Positions 10,580 through 21,683 of a DNA stretch of 64,000 nt are shown here, piece after piece. The number at the start of each line of letters is the position of its first letter. The first letter of the stretch is position 1. Location of the stretch: NCBI GenBank assembly GCA_963677435.1, contig OY781945.1, positions 2,528,001 to 2,592,000 of the forward strand. The letters run 5' to 3'. Position numbers and translations under genes: made by a program. This DNA comes from an uncultured Aliarcobacter sp. Lineage in GTDB: Bacteria; Campylobacterota; Campylobacteria; Campylobacterales; Arcobacteraceae. A model generated the notes under the pieces. It had not been told where the DNA came from. It did no database searches and was given only the letters and a program-made list of their open reading frames with translations.

Positions 10580-11965
10580 CTATTTATTTAACCACTCTTT
10601 AAAAACTTCTATTTGACTAAGTGTTTGACTTGTTGATGTTCCACCTAATGAAATTCTAGCATTCATAGAATTTCTTAAATCTAAAAACATTAAAATCTCT
10701 TCATTGATATCTTTTAACTCTTCATTTGAGCTTCTAATTTCATCAATGTTTAATTCACTAATATCTTTATTTAAACTATTTGCTTTTGTTACAACATCTT
10801 TTGTTAGATAATAAGCTGTTCTAAATGGCATATTTTGTTTTTGAACTAAATAATCTGCAAAATCAGTTGCACTTAAATGTCCAATTTTACAAGCATTTTG
10901 CATTTTATCTACATTTACAATCATAGTTTTAATAACTTCATTTAAAATAGAAATAGAGATTTCCATAGTTTTTACTGAATCAAAAACACCCTCTTTATCT
11001 TCTTGAGTATCTTTATTATAAGCTAATGGTAAACCTTTCATAACTGTTAATAGTGAAATAAGATTCCCATAAACTCTTCCTGTTTTTCCTCTTAAAAGTT
11101 CTGGAACATCTGGATTTTTCTTTTGTGGCATAATTGAACTTGTAGTTGCATATTCATCACTCATTCTTACAAATTGGAATTCATAAGATGACCATAAAAT
11201 AAGTTCTTCAGAAATTCTACTAATATGCATCATTGCTGTACTTATATTAAATAAAATCTCTAGGGCAAAATCTCTATCTGAAACTGTATCCATTGCATGT
11301 GCTGTTGGAGAATTAAATCCTAATTTTTGTGAAGTTGACTCTCTATTTATATTATGTGGAGTTCCTGCAAGTGCTGCACTTCCTAAAGGACAATAATTAT
11401 TTCTTTCATATGAACTTTCGAATCTCTCAAAATCTCTTTTAAACATATTTGCATAAGCTAATAGATGATAACCAAAGTTAAGAGGTTGAGCGTGTTGTAA
11501 GTGAGTCATTCCAGGAATTAGTGTAGTTGTGTGTTTTGATGCTACATCTACAAAAGTCTCAACTAACTGTTTTAATTGTGTTTTTATACTTAATGATTTA
11601 TCTTGAACATAAAGTCTAAAATCTGTTGCTACTTGATCATTTCTACTTCTTGCTGTGTGAAGTCTTTTACCAGGTTCTCCAATGATTTCTGTTAACCTAT
11701 TTTCAACAGCCATATGAATATCTTCATATGCAAGTGAAAATTTAAACTCTCCGCTTTCTATCTCTTCTTTTACTTGTAAAAGTCCAGTTTCAATTGCTTT
11801 TTGTTCTTCAATAGTTAATATTCCTTGTTCTGCTAACATTTGAGAGTGAGCGATTGAACCTCTAATATCTTGAGCATAAAGTTCTTTATCAAACATTATT
11901 GAAGCATTAAATTCATCTAATATTTGAGCATTTGTATTTTTTAAAATTTGATTGTTTTGATTCAT
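10580..11965 (-). CDS. argH: Argininosuccinate lyase
   Basis: [31 protein letters not shown]. Confidence 0.97.
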   Translation of the reverse strand: MNQNNQILKNTNAQILDEFNASIMFDKELYAQDIRGSIAHSQMLAEQGILTIEEQKAIETGLLQVKEEIESGEFKFSLAYEDIHMAVENRLTEIIGEPGKRLHTARSRNDQVATDFRLYVQDKSLSIKTQLKQLVETFVDVASKHTTTLIPGMTHLQHAQPLNFGYHLLAYANMFKRDFERFESSYERNNYCPLGSAALAGTPHNINRESTSQKLGFNSPTAHAMDTVSDRDFALEILFNISTAMMHISRISEELILWSSYEFQFVRMSDEYATTSSIMPQKKNPDVPELLRGKTGRVYGNLISLLTVMKGLPLAYNKDTQEDKEGVFDSVKTMEISISILNEVIKTMIVNVDKMQNACKIGHLSATDFADYLVQKQNMPFRTAYYLTKDVVTKANSLNKDISELNIDEIRSSNEELKDINEEILMFLDLRNSMNARISLGGTSTSQTLSQIEVFKEWLNK

Positions 11966-12047
11966 TGGATTCCCTAAATTATAATGTAGCTTAAAATTAA
12001 GGCAACATTATAACACAAGTGATATTAGTTAAACGCTAATAAATCTA

Positions 12048-12683
12048 TTAAGACCAAAGTTGTAAATGAGGTATATGTGAAATAGCTTTAATAATATCTG
12101 TTTTTGAAACAATTCCTATTAAAATATCATTTTCATCAACAATAGGAACAGCGTGTAATTTAAAATCAACCATTACTTTTGCAACTCTTCTTATATCTGT
12201 AATTGGATCTGCTGTAATTAGTTGTGGTATATAAATATCTTCAATTCTTTTTTCTAAAATATTCTTGCTATCTTCAATATCACTCATCAAAAGATTTAAA
12301 ATTATCTCTTTGTCAATCATTCCTAATATTTTTTTACCAAAAGTTGCAATTGGTAATTGTTTAATTTTAAACTCTTCCATAACATTATAAGCTTCTTGAA
12401 TGGTTGATATTGAATCAATATAAATACAATCTTTTGTCATAATATCTTTTACATGAAATATCATTTCTGATGTATCAATCTTGGCCATTTTTTTATAAGA
12501 ATTTAATGCTTCATTAACTGAATCATTATGTTGTTGATTATTCTGTTGTTTTATAAGACTATCAAAAGGTTGTTCATCTGGATTTAAGTTAGTTTTTTGA
12601 ACTCTAGCAACATCTTTTAGAGCATATAAATTATTAGTTGTACCTTTAAAATCAACATCAGGATTATTATATATAGTGAACAT
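12048..12683 (-). CDS. CBS domain-containing protein
   Basis: C-terminal CBS pair (VKDIMT ... AVPIVDE..LIGIVSKTDII). Confidence 0.85.
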   Translation of the reverse strand: MFTIYNNPDVDFKGTTNNLYALKDVARVQKTNLNPDEQPFDSLIKQQNNQQHNDSVNEALNSYKKMAKIDTSEMIFHVKDIMTKDCIYIDSISTIQEAYNVMEEFKIKQLPIATFGKKILGMIDKEIILNLLMSDIEDSKNILEKRIEDIYIPQLITADPITDIRRVAKVMVDFKLHAVPIVDENDILIGIVSKTDIIKAISHIPHLQLWS

Positions 12684-12785
12684 TTATAGCTCCTTATTTT
12701 TTATAACTAAGTTATAGAATATTATACTAATAATTTTTTAATAAATATATGAATACACTACATCTTATCAAAGAAAGTATTAATC

Positions 12786-13168
12786 ATGAACAAAACATTA
12801 TATTTTACCCATAAAAAACTAGAATATTTAGAACTTAGATACTCTAACAAAGAGCATATTCACAATAGTTTATCAATTGGAGCTATATTAAATGGTAAAA
12901 GAACTTATATAAATAAAAACAAGAGCTTTAGACTTTCAAAAAATCAAATTTCAATAATAAATCCAAATACAATACATAGTTGTAACAGCAACAACAAAAT
13001 TGCAAATAAACTGTAATTGAATTTGCGAAAGATTTATTAAAAAGTGGAATGAGTATTTCACAAACTGCACTTGAGTGTGGTTTTTTTGACCAAAGCCATT
13101 TTCACAGAAACTTCAAAAAAATTGTTGCAATTACTCCAAAACAATATCAAGACAATTTTGTACAATAA
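12786..13168 (+). pseudogene. Degraded AraC-family transcriptional regulator
   Basis: Cupin-like N-terminal fragment (INPNTIHSC) stops at 13016. A different frame at 13016-13168 encodes the AraC HTH end IEFAKDLL...ALECGFFDQSHFHRNFKK...TPKQY. The middle of the protein is missing. Confidence 0.85.
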
Positions 13169-13213
13169 TTAATTTTTAGATTTTCATACAATCCTTTTTT
13201 TTAAAGGAGTTTT

Positions 13214-13841
13214 ATGGATTTACAACTATATTTACAAGATTTTTTGCTTTTGACAATTGCTCATTTTTTAGCGCTAATAAGCCCTGTCGTTGATTTTTTT
13301 ATTATTATAAATTCAACACTAAAATATGGAAAAAAAGCTGGAATTATTACAGCTTTTGGTATTGCACTTTCAAATTTGGTTTATATATTATTGGCACTTT
13401 TTGGAATTATGATTATAAAAGAAAATATTTATATATTTAATTCTTTAAAGATTTTAGGAAGTATTTATCTGCTTTACATCTCATATTATTTGATTAATTC
13501 AAGAAAAAGAGATTTATTTAAAAATTCTATTAAACATGAAAAAAATAGTAAATTGTTTAACAATTTTATGAAAGGATTTTAAGTGCAATATTAAATCCAA
13601 AAAACTTTATTTTTATTTTACTATGTTTTCAATCACTGTTGAAAAATCTACACCTTATTTTATTCAAACGATTTATGCTGTTTGGATGTTTTTAGCTGTA
13701 TTACTTTGGGATATATTTATTGTGTATATAATTAGTTTGGAAAATGTAAAAAGGATTTTTAATAATTATATTAGTTTAATAGAAAAAATTTCTGCACTTT
13801 TCTTAAGTTTTGTGGCAATTACTATTATTTATAATCTATAA
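13214..13841 (+). pseudogene. Frameshifted LysE/RhtB-family exporter
   Basis: LysE-like N-terminus, SAILNPKN motif out of frame after 13580, C-terminal half in a third frame (13623-13841). Confidence 0.8.
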
Positions 13842-13842
13842 A

Positions 13843-13873
13843 AAAAGGCTCATGCAATTTGCATGAGCCTTTT
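13843..13873. terminator. Bidirectional intrinsic terminator downstream of nifU and the LysE pseudogene
   Basis: Stem AAAAGGCTCATGCA/TGCATGAGCCTTTT with A/T tails. Confidence 0.85.
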
Positions 13874-13895
13874 GTATTTTCTGTTTTAGAAAAGA

Positions 13896-14876
13896 TTAAA
13901 TTGGTAAAACTCTTAAGTTTTCATCAATTTTTTGTTGTAATACAGACTCGATTGCATATAAAGTTCCTGAACTTCCAGACGAACATCCAGAACAAGAACC
14001 TAAATATCTGATATATAAATCATAATGTGGTAAATTTTCTTTGATATCAATAATTTCCATATTTCCACCATCCATTACAAGCATTGGTCTAATATCTGAA
14101 TCTAATACTGAATCAATAGCTTTAATTCTTTGAACTAAAGTCATTTTATCAAATGTTAATTCACCAGATGCACTAGCATCTGCTGCTGTTTTTAATTTAT
14201 CTTGTTCCATTTCAGCTGTCATGTCTTTTAAAATATCTACTAAATAAATATCTTTTGCTTCATGTCCTCCTGGTTTAATACATGATTTACAAAATGCTCC
14301 AGCTTTTGTATAATCAGTGATTTGCTCAACAGTTGTTAATTTATTAATTTTAATAACATCTTTTAAAGTTGCTAATGAAACCCTTGCACATTCACAAATG
14401 ATTTGTTCTTCTTCAAAAGACTCCATATCAACACCTTTATAATCAGCTGCTGCTTTTTTGATAACATCATAAGCCATAACTGAACAGTGCATTTTTTGTG
14501 GTGGAACTGCTGGTGTATCTGCATTATCTCTTAATGCAAATTCAACATCAATATTTGTAATTTTAACAGCTTCATCAACTGTTTTTCCAATACAAAGTTC
14601 TGCCATAACATCAGAAGACGCAATTGCAGTACCACAACCAAAAGATTTGAATTTTGATTCTAAGATTTTATCAGTAGCTTCTTCAACTGCCCAATAAAGT
14701 CTTACAGCATCACCACATGATTCAGCTCCAAAATCTGCAACAATTAGTTTTGCTCCTAATTCAGCAGCTCTTTCTTCTGTGATTTCACCTTGGTGTTTTG
14801 GGTTATTCATTCTATTTACAACTTGATTTGAGTACTCATCCCAAATTGATCCGCTAATTAAATTATTTTTTGCCAT
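13896..14876 (-). CDS. nifU: Fe-S scaffold NifU (IscU-like + BFD-like + NifU-C domains)
   Basis: SCGD, FGCGTAIAS, KMHCS, CEC...CKSC, GSCSGC. Confidence 0.95.
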   Translation of the reverse strand: MAKNNLISGSIWDEYSNQVVNRMNNPKHQGEITEERAAELGAKLIVADFGAESCGDAVRLYWAVEEATDKILESKFKSFGCGTAIASSDVMAELCIGKTVDEAVKITNIDVEFALRDNADTPAVPPQKMHCSVMAYDVIKKAAADYKGVDMESFEEEQIICECARVSLATLKDVIKINKLTTVEQITDYTKAGAFCKSCIKPGGHEAKDIYLVDILKDMTAEMEQDKLKTAADASASGELTFDKMTLVQRIKAIDSVLDSDIRPMLVMDGGNMEIIDIKENLPHYDLYIRYLGSCSGCSSGSSGTLYAIESVLQQKIDENLRVLPI

Positions 14877-14904
14877 CGTATTTTCCTTTTTATTCTATTT
14901 TTTA

Positions 14905-16148
<1,244 letters not shown>

Positions 16149-16407
16149 AAAAATATACTTGCACTTTTGTAAAACTTTTCAGCATTCTAATATAAACAGG
16201 ATAAAAATAGTCTTAATTAAGATTTAGTGTTATTTTCTATTTCAGAAAGTAACATATTCAAAAAATTAAAGCTATTTTTAATCTATCTTCTTTTGAAATC
16301 TTATTATATTTAAAGTTTGATAAATAACTCTATTAAGTTTGAAATACTATAATCTATTTATAAATTTTATTATGCTTTTTTAATTACTTTGTGCTAGAAT
16401 TTTAAAG

Positions 16408-16424
16408 AGGATAGATTTTATCCT
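16408..16424. promoter_or_regulatory. Palindromic candidate operator just downstream of the sufB extended -10 (TGCTAGAAT, 16392-16400)
   Basis: AGGATA-GATTT-TATCCT, with a related copy at 16198-16214. Confidence 0.5.
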
Positions 16425-16470
16425 ATTTAATTATTTTAACAAGTATAAACAAAATAAATTGGAGTCAATT

Positions 16471-17916
16471 ATGAGTGACAATAAACAATTAGAAGATATT
16501 ATTAACAAAGATTATAAACTAGGATTTGAAACTTTAATAGAGAGTGATACTTTTGCAAAAGGTTTAAATGAAGATGTAATTAGAGCAATATCTGCAAAAA
16601 AAGATGAGCCAGCTTGGCTTTTAGATTTTAGATTAAAAGCTTATAAAAAATGGCTAAAAATGGAAGAACCATCTTGGGCACATTTAGATTATCCAAAAAT
16701 AGACTATCAAGATATAGCATATTATTCAGCGCCTAAAAAAGCTTTGGACTCTTTAGATGAAGTTGACCCTGAGATTTTAAAGACTTATGAAAAGTTAGGA
16801 ATTCCCCTTGAAGAGCAAAAACAACTAGCAGGTGTTAAAGGAGTTGCAGTTGATGCAGTTTTTGACTCTGTTTCTGTAAAAACAACTTATCAAGAAGAAC
16901 TTGAAAAATTAGGGATTATATTTTGCTCAATTAGTGAAGCAGCACATAAATATCCTCAACTTGTACAAGATTACTTAGCTAGTGTTGTTCCTGTTGTGGA
17001 TAACTATTTTGCATGTTTAAATAGTGCAGTTTTCACAGATGGAAGTTTTGTATATATTCCACCAAATGTAAGATGTCCAATGGAATTATCTACATATTTT
17101 AGAATAAATGCCTTAGATACTGGACAATTTGAGAGAACTTTAATCATTTGTGATGAGAACTCTTATGTATCTTATAATGAGGGATGCTCTGCTCCCACAA
17201 GAGATGAGAGACAACTTCATGCAGCTGTTGTTGAGTTAGTAGCTTTAAAAAATGGACAAATTAAATATTCAACTATTCAAAACTGGTTTCCAGGTGATGA
17301 CAATGGAAAAGGTGGAATTTTAAACTTTGTTACAAAAAGAGGAATCTGCAAAGGTGACAACTCTAAAATTTCTTGGACACAAGTTGAAACTGGAAGTGCC
17401 ATTACATGGAAATATCCATCGTGTATACTTGCAGGTGATAATAGTGTTGGAGAGTTTTATTCAGTTGCAATTGCTTCAAAAGCACAACAAGCAGATACTG
17501 GAACAAAAATGGTTCATTTAGGTAAAAATACTAAATCAACAATCATCTCAAAAGGAATCTCTGCAATGCATGGAAGAAATGCATACAGAGGATTAGTAAG
17601 AGTTGGGAAAAGCGCTTCAAATGCTAGAAATATTTCAGAGTGTGATTCATTATTAATTGGAAATAAATGCCATGCGCATACTTATCCATATCATGAAATC
17701 AGAAACAGTAGTGCAAACATAGAACATGAAGCAACAACTTCAAAAATCTCAGATGAACAACTTTTTTACCTTTCACAAAGAGGAATAAATGAAGAAGATG
17801 CAATCGCCATGATTGTAAATGGTTTTTGTAAAGAGGTTTTAAAAGAGTTACCAATGGAGTTTGCAGCAGAAGCAAAAGAGTTATTAAGCATATCATTAGA
17901 AGGAAGTGTGGGATAA
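16471..17916 (+). CDS. sufB: Fe-S cluster assembly protein SufB
   Basis: [43 protein letters not shown] 16471 follows GGAG. Confidence 0.97.
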   Translation: MSDNKQLEDIINKDYKLGFETLIESDTFAKGLNEDVIRAISAKKDEPAWLLDFRLKAYKKWLKMEEPSWAHLDYPKIDYQDIAYYSAPKKALDSLDEVDPEILKTYEKLGIPLEEQKQLAGVKGVAVDAVFDSVSVKTTYQEELEKLGIIFCSISEAAHKYPQLVQDYLASVVPVVDNYFACLNSAVFTDGSFVYIPPNVRCPMELSTYFRINALDTGQFERTLIICDENSYVSYNEGCSAPTRDERQLHAAVVELVALKNGQIKYSTIQNWFPGDDNGKGGILNFVTKRGICKGDNSKISWTQVETGSAITWKYPSCILAGDNSVGEFYSVAIASKAQQADTGTKMVHLGKNTKSTIISKGISAMHGRNAYRGLVRVGKSASNARNISECDSLLIGNKCHAHTYPYHEIRNSSANIEHEATTSKISDEQLFYLSQRGINEEDAIAMIVNGFCKEVLKELPMEFAAEAKELLSISLEGSVG

Positions 17917-17919
17917 ATT

Positions 17920-18693
17920 ATGAAAAAAGATACATTATTAAAAATAGAAGATTTAAAAGTAAGTATAAATGATAAAGAGATATTAAAAGGTGTAAATTTA
18001 GAGATTAAAGAAGGTGAAGTTCATGCTTTAATGGGAACAAATGGAGCTGGAAAATCAACTTTAGTAAAAGCACTAAGTGCTCATTATGATTGTGTTGTAA
18101 CTGAGGGGAAAATTACATATAAAAAGAAAAATTTATTAGACCTTGATGTGACACAAAGAGCAAATGAAGGTATTTTTATGAGTTTCCAATCTCCTGTTGA
18201 AGTAGCAGGCGTTAACAATAGCTACTTTTTAAAAACAGCAATGAATGCAAAAAGAGTATATGCTGGAGTTCCAGAAATTGATGCAATGGAATTTTTAAAA
18301 CTTATCAAAGAAGAGACAGCAAAATATAATATTGATAGAAAACTTCTACAAAGAGATTTAAATGATGGTTTTAGTGGTGGGGAGAAAAAAAGAAATGAAT
18401 TAATTCAACTTTTAATGCTTCAACCTGATTTAATCATGCTTGATGAAATAGATTCAGGTCTTGATGTGGATGCTATTAAAACCGTTGCAAATGTAATAAA
18501 CTCTATGCTTGATGGAAAAAGATCTGTATTAATGATCACGCACTATGATAGATTATTAGAGTTGATAAAACCTGATTTTGTACATATTTTAAATGATGGA
18601 AAAATTGTAAAAACAGGAGATTATAGCTTAGCTTTAGAACTTGATGAAAAAGGTTACGAAGCAATAGGAATAAATGATGTTAATAATAAATGA
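17920..18693 (+). CDS. sufC: Fe-S assembly ATPase SufC
   Basis: GTNGAGKS, FSGGEKKRNE, LDEIDSGLD, ITHY. Confidence 0.96.
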   Translation: MKKDTLLKIEDLKVSINDKEILKGVNLEIKEGEVHALMGTNGAGKSTLVKALSAHYDCVVTEGKITYKKKNLLDLDVTQRANEGIFMSFQSPVEVAGVNNSYFLKTAMNAKRVYAGVPEIDAMEFLKLIKEETAKYNIDRKLLQRDLNDGFSGGEKKRNELIQLLMLQPDLIMLDEIDSGLDVDAIKTVANVINSMLDGKRSVLMITHYDRLLELIKPDFVHILNDGKIVKTGDYSLALELDEKGYEAIGINDVNNK

Positions 18694-19714
18694 AATCAAA
18701 GGGATAAACCTTCCAAATAAAAAAGATGAAGAGTTTTTGAAAATAAATTTTGATTCACTTTTTTCTTATGAATTTGCAGATAAACAAAGTTATGAACTTG
18801 ATATTATGGGTTTAGAAACTACTATTGATAAAGAAAAATATGAATCAGTTTTATTTGATATTACAAGAAGTTTAGATGATAAACAAACAATTTTAACAAT
18901 AAATAAAAATATTGCTGAGCCTATTTTTTTAATTCATAAATTAAAACAAAGTGAAACTCTTTATACAAATTCTTTGAAAATAGAAGTAAAAAAAGATATA
19001 AAAGCAAGTGTTGTTGAAGTTTTTGTGAACTCTTGTGAGAACAGTTTTTATGCAGTTAATAGAAAAATACAATTAGAAGAAAATGCTTCTTTAGAGTATG
19101 TAAAAGTTCAAGATATAAATGCTTCAAATTCAATTACTTTTGCCCTTGCAGTTGAACAAAAAGATAGTTCAAACTTAGAGCTTTTCAACTTTGATTTTGG
19201 AGATGGATTTATAGTAAATAGTTTTGAAAATGTTATCAATAATGAAAATGTAAACTATGAATTAAATGCTTTGGTAAAACTTTTTTCAAATGCAGCAACT
19301 TCAAATCTAATAAAAACTATTCACAATGAAAAAAGTTCAAATAGTAATATAAACTTCAAACATAGTTTAAAAGATAGTTCAAAAGCTGTATTTAAAGCAA
19401 AATCAATAGTAAATCCAAGTGCAATATTCTCAAAAGCTTTCCAAAATTGTGACACTATTTTATTAAGTGATGATGCAACTATTATTGCTCAACCTCATCT
19501 TGAGATTTTAATAGATGAATTAGAAGCTAGTCATGGAACAACAACAGGAAGTTTAAACAAAGAACAACTTTTATATCTTCAATCAAGGGGAATAAAACAA
19601 GAACAAGCTTATGATATGTTACTTGAAGCTTTTGAAAATACAATAAAATCTAATATAAAAGATGAGATAATAAAAGAATTTATTGAAACTTACAAAAGGG
19701 AAAAATATGTTTAA
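18674..19714 (+). CDS. sufD: SufD-family Fe-S assembly protein
   Basis: PHLEILIDELEASHG, YLQSRGI; position between sufC and sufS. Confidence 0.88.
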   Translation: MMLIINEIKGINLPNKKDEEFLKINFDSLFSYEFADKQSYELDIMGLETTIDKEKYESVLFDITRSLDDKQTILTINKNIAEPIFLIHKLKQSETLYTNSLKIEVKKDIKASVVEVFVNSCENSFYAVNRKIQLEENASLEYVKVQDINASNSITFALAVEQKDSSNLELFNFDFGDGFIVNSFENVINNENVNYELNALVKLFSNAATSNLIKTIHNEKSSNSNINFKHSLKDSSKAVFKAKSIVNPSAIFSKAFQNCDTILLSDDATIIAQPHLEILIDELEASHGTTTGSLNKEQLLYLQSRGIKQEQAYDMLLEAFENTIKSNIKDEIIKEFIETYKREKYV

Positions 19715-20891
19715 AAATGACTTTCCATATTTCCAAAATTCTAAAACAGTTTATTTGGACAATGGAGCAACAACGCAAAAACCAAAAAGTGTAATTGATT
19801 CTCAAGTTGAATACTATGAAACATATTGTGCAAATACTCATAGAAGTAATTTTGGTCATGCAAATAAAGCAACTCAAGAGTTTGAAAAAACAAGAGTTTT
19901 ATTAAAAGAGTTTATAAATGCTTCAAAAAATGAAGAGATAATTTTCACAAAAGGTGTAACTGAGTCTTTAAACTTTATTGCATCTTCTTTTGCGAAAGAT
20001 TTTAAAACAGTGATTATCTCTTCTTTAGAACATCACTCAAATATCACTCCTTGGCATATGCAAGGAAGAAGTTTGGGAAATGGTCTTGAAGTTGTAAGCT
20101 GTAATGATAATTTAGATTTTGACCTGGAACATTTTGAAGAACTTTTAAAAGCAAATCCAAATGCTTTTGTAAGTATCACTCATGTTTCAAATGCCTTTGG
20201 GAAAATCCATGATATAAAAACAATAGCAAAATTAGCCCATCAATATGGAGCAATTATTATGATAGATGGAGCTCAAAGTTTAGCTCACTTCAAAGTTGAT
20301 GTTCAAGACCTTGATGTTGATTTTTTTGCAATTTCAGGACATAAAACTTTTGCACCAACAGGAGTTGGAGCTATTTATATAAAAGAGAAATATTTAAAAG
20401 ATGTAAAAGCTTACCAAACAGGTGGAGCTACAATCGATGATGTTGATTATAATCATTCAACTCTACTTGATTCTCCTTACAAATTTGAAGCAGGAACGCA
20501 AAATATTGCAGGTGTTATAGGATTTGGAAAAGCTTTAGAGTATTTAAATTATGTAAAATATGAAAATATTGAAAGCATAGAAAAAAAAGTTTTTAAATTT
20601 CTTGATGAAGAGTTGGCAAAACTTCCTGGAATTATTTTTTACAATGACACAAAAGATTGTATAGGAAGTAGAAGTTTCAATTTTGAGGGAATTGTTCACG
20701 ATGATATTGGAATTTTGATTGATAAAATGAATGTAGCTGTAAGAGTTGGACATCATTGTGCTCAACCTATTATGAAAAAGTTAGGAATAAGAGGAACTAT
20801 TAGAGTTTCTGTTGCTTTTTATAATGACTATGTAGATGTTGATAGATTGATTGAAGCATTAAAAAAAGCATTAAGTATGTTAAAGGATTAA
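19707..20891 (+). CDS. sufS: Cysteine desulfurase SufS
   Basis: YLDNGATTQKP, SGHK, RVGHHCAQP (class II). Confidence 0.93.
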   Translation: MFKNDFPYFQNSKTVYLDNGATTQKPKSVIDSQVEYYETYCANTHRSNFGHANKATQEFEKTRVLLKEFINASKNEEIIFTKGVTESLNFIASSFAKDFKTVIISSLEHHSNITPWHMQGRSLGNGLEVVSCNDNLDFDLEHFEELLKANPNAFVSITHVSNAFGKIHDIKTIAKLAHQYGAIIMIDGAQSLAHFKVDVQDLDVDFFAISGHKTFAPTGVGAIYIKEKYLKDVKAYQTGGATIDDVDYNHSTLLDSPYKFEAGTQNIAGVIGFGKALEYLNYVKYENIESIEKKVFKFLDEELAKLPGIIFYNDTKDCIGSRSFNFEGIVHDDIGILIDKMNVAVRVGHHCAQPIMKKLGIRGTIRVSVAFYNDYVDVDRLIEALKKALSMLKD

Positions 20892-20893
20892 AA

Positions 20894-21304
20894 TTGAATA
20901 CTATCGAGCAAAGAGTAAATGATATAAAAGAAGATTTAGATTTCTTTGAAGATGAATTATCAAAATATGAATATATTATAGATTTAGGAAAAAAACTAGA
21001 AGAATTTAATGAAAGTGACAAAATCCCAGCAAATATAGTTCATGGTTGTACCTCTCAAGTTTGGTTAACCCATGAGTTAAAAGATGGAAAACTATATTTT
21101 CATGGAACAAGCGATGCAATAATCGTAAAAGGTTTAGTTTTTATGATATTAAAAATTTTTTCAGACTCAACAGTTGAAGAGCTAAAAGAGATTGATATGG
21201 ATATTGTCCATGAATTAAAACTAAGTGATGTTATAACTCCAAATAGACAAAGTGGAGTTATTGGAATGATGAAAAAAATTAAAGAGTATGCGCTAAGTGC
21301 ATAA
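20894..21304 (+). CDS. sufE: Sulfur acceptor SufE
   Basis: VHGCTSQVW, SDAIIVKGL, TPNR; TTG start. Confidence 0.92.
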   Translation: MNTIEQRVNDIKEDLDFFEDELSKYEYIIDLGKKLEEFNESDKIPANIVHGCTSQVWLTHELKDGKLYFHGTSDAIIVKGLVFMILKIFSDSTVEELKEIDMDIVHELKLSDVITPNRQSGVIGMMKKIKEYALSA

Positions 21305-21314
21305 AGGATAAAAA

Positions 21315-21665
21315 ATGGAAACAATTTTTGATTTAAAAAGTATAGAAGAAAAAATAATAGAAAATTTAAAAAAAGTATATGACCCAGAAATACCATCAAA
21401 TATTTATGATTTGGGATTGATTTATAACATAGAGTTTGAACAAAAAGAACATTATTTACATTGTACAATCACAATGACACTAACAAGCCCAACTTGTCCA
21501 GTAGCAGAAAGCCTACTTGAACAAGTAAAATATGTAACATTAGCTGTTGATGAAGTTGATGAAGCAAAAGTAACACTTGTATTTTCTCCACCATGGGATC
21601 CATCAATGATGAGTGAAGATGCAAAAGAAATCATGGGTGCAAGTGGAGCAGCTATGCCTTTTTAG
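21315..21665 (+). CDS. sufT: DUF59/SufT-type Fe-S maturation protein
   Basis: VYDPEIP, IYDLGLIY, MTLTSPTCP, PPW. Confidence 0.85.
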   Translation: METIFDLKSIEEKIIENLKKVYDPEIPSNIYDLGLIYNIEFEQKEHYLHCTITMTLTSPTCPVAESLLEQVKYVTLAVDEVDEAKVTLVFSPPWDPSMMSEDAKEIMGASGAAMPF

Positions 21666-21673
21666 GCATGGCT
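21650..21673. terminator. Probable terminator at the end of the suf operon
   Basis: AGCTATGCCT-TTTT-AGGCATGGCT hairpin between convergent genes. Confidence 0.55.
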
Positions 21674-21683
21674 ATTTTAGTTT

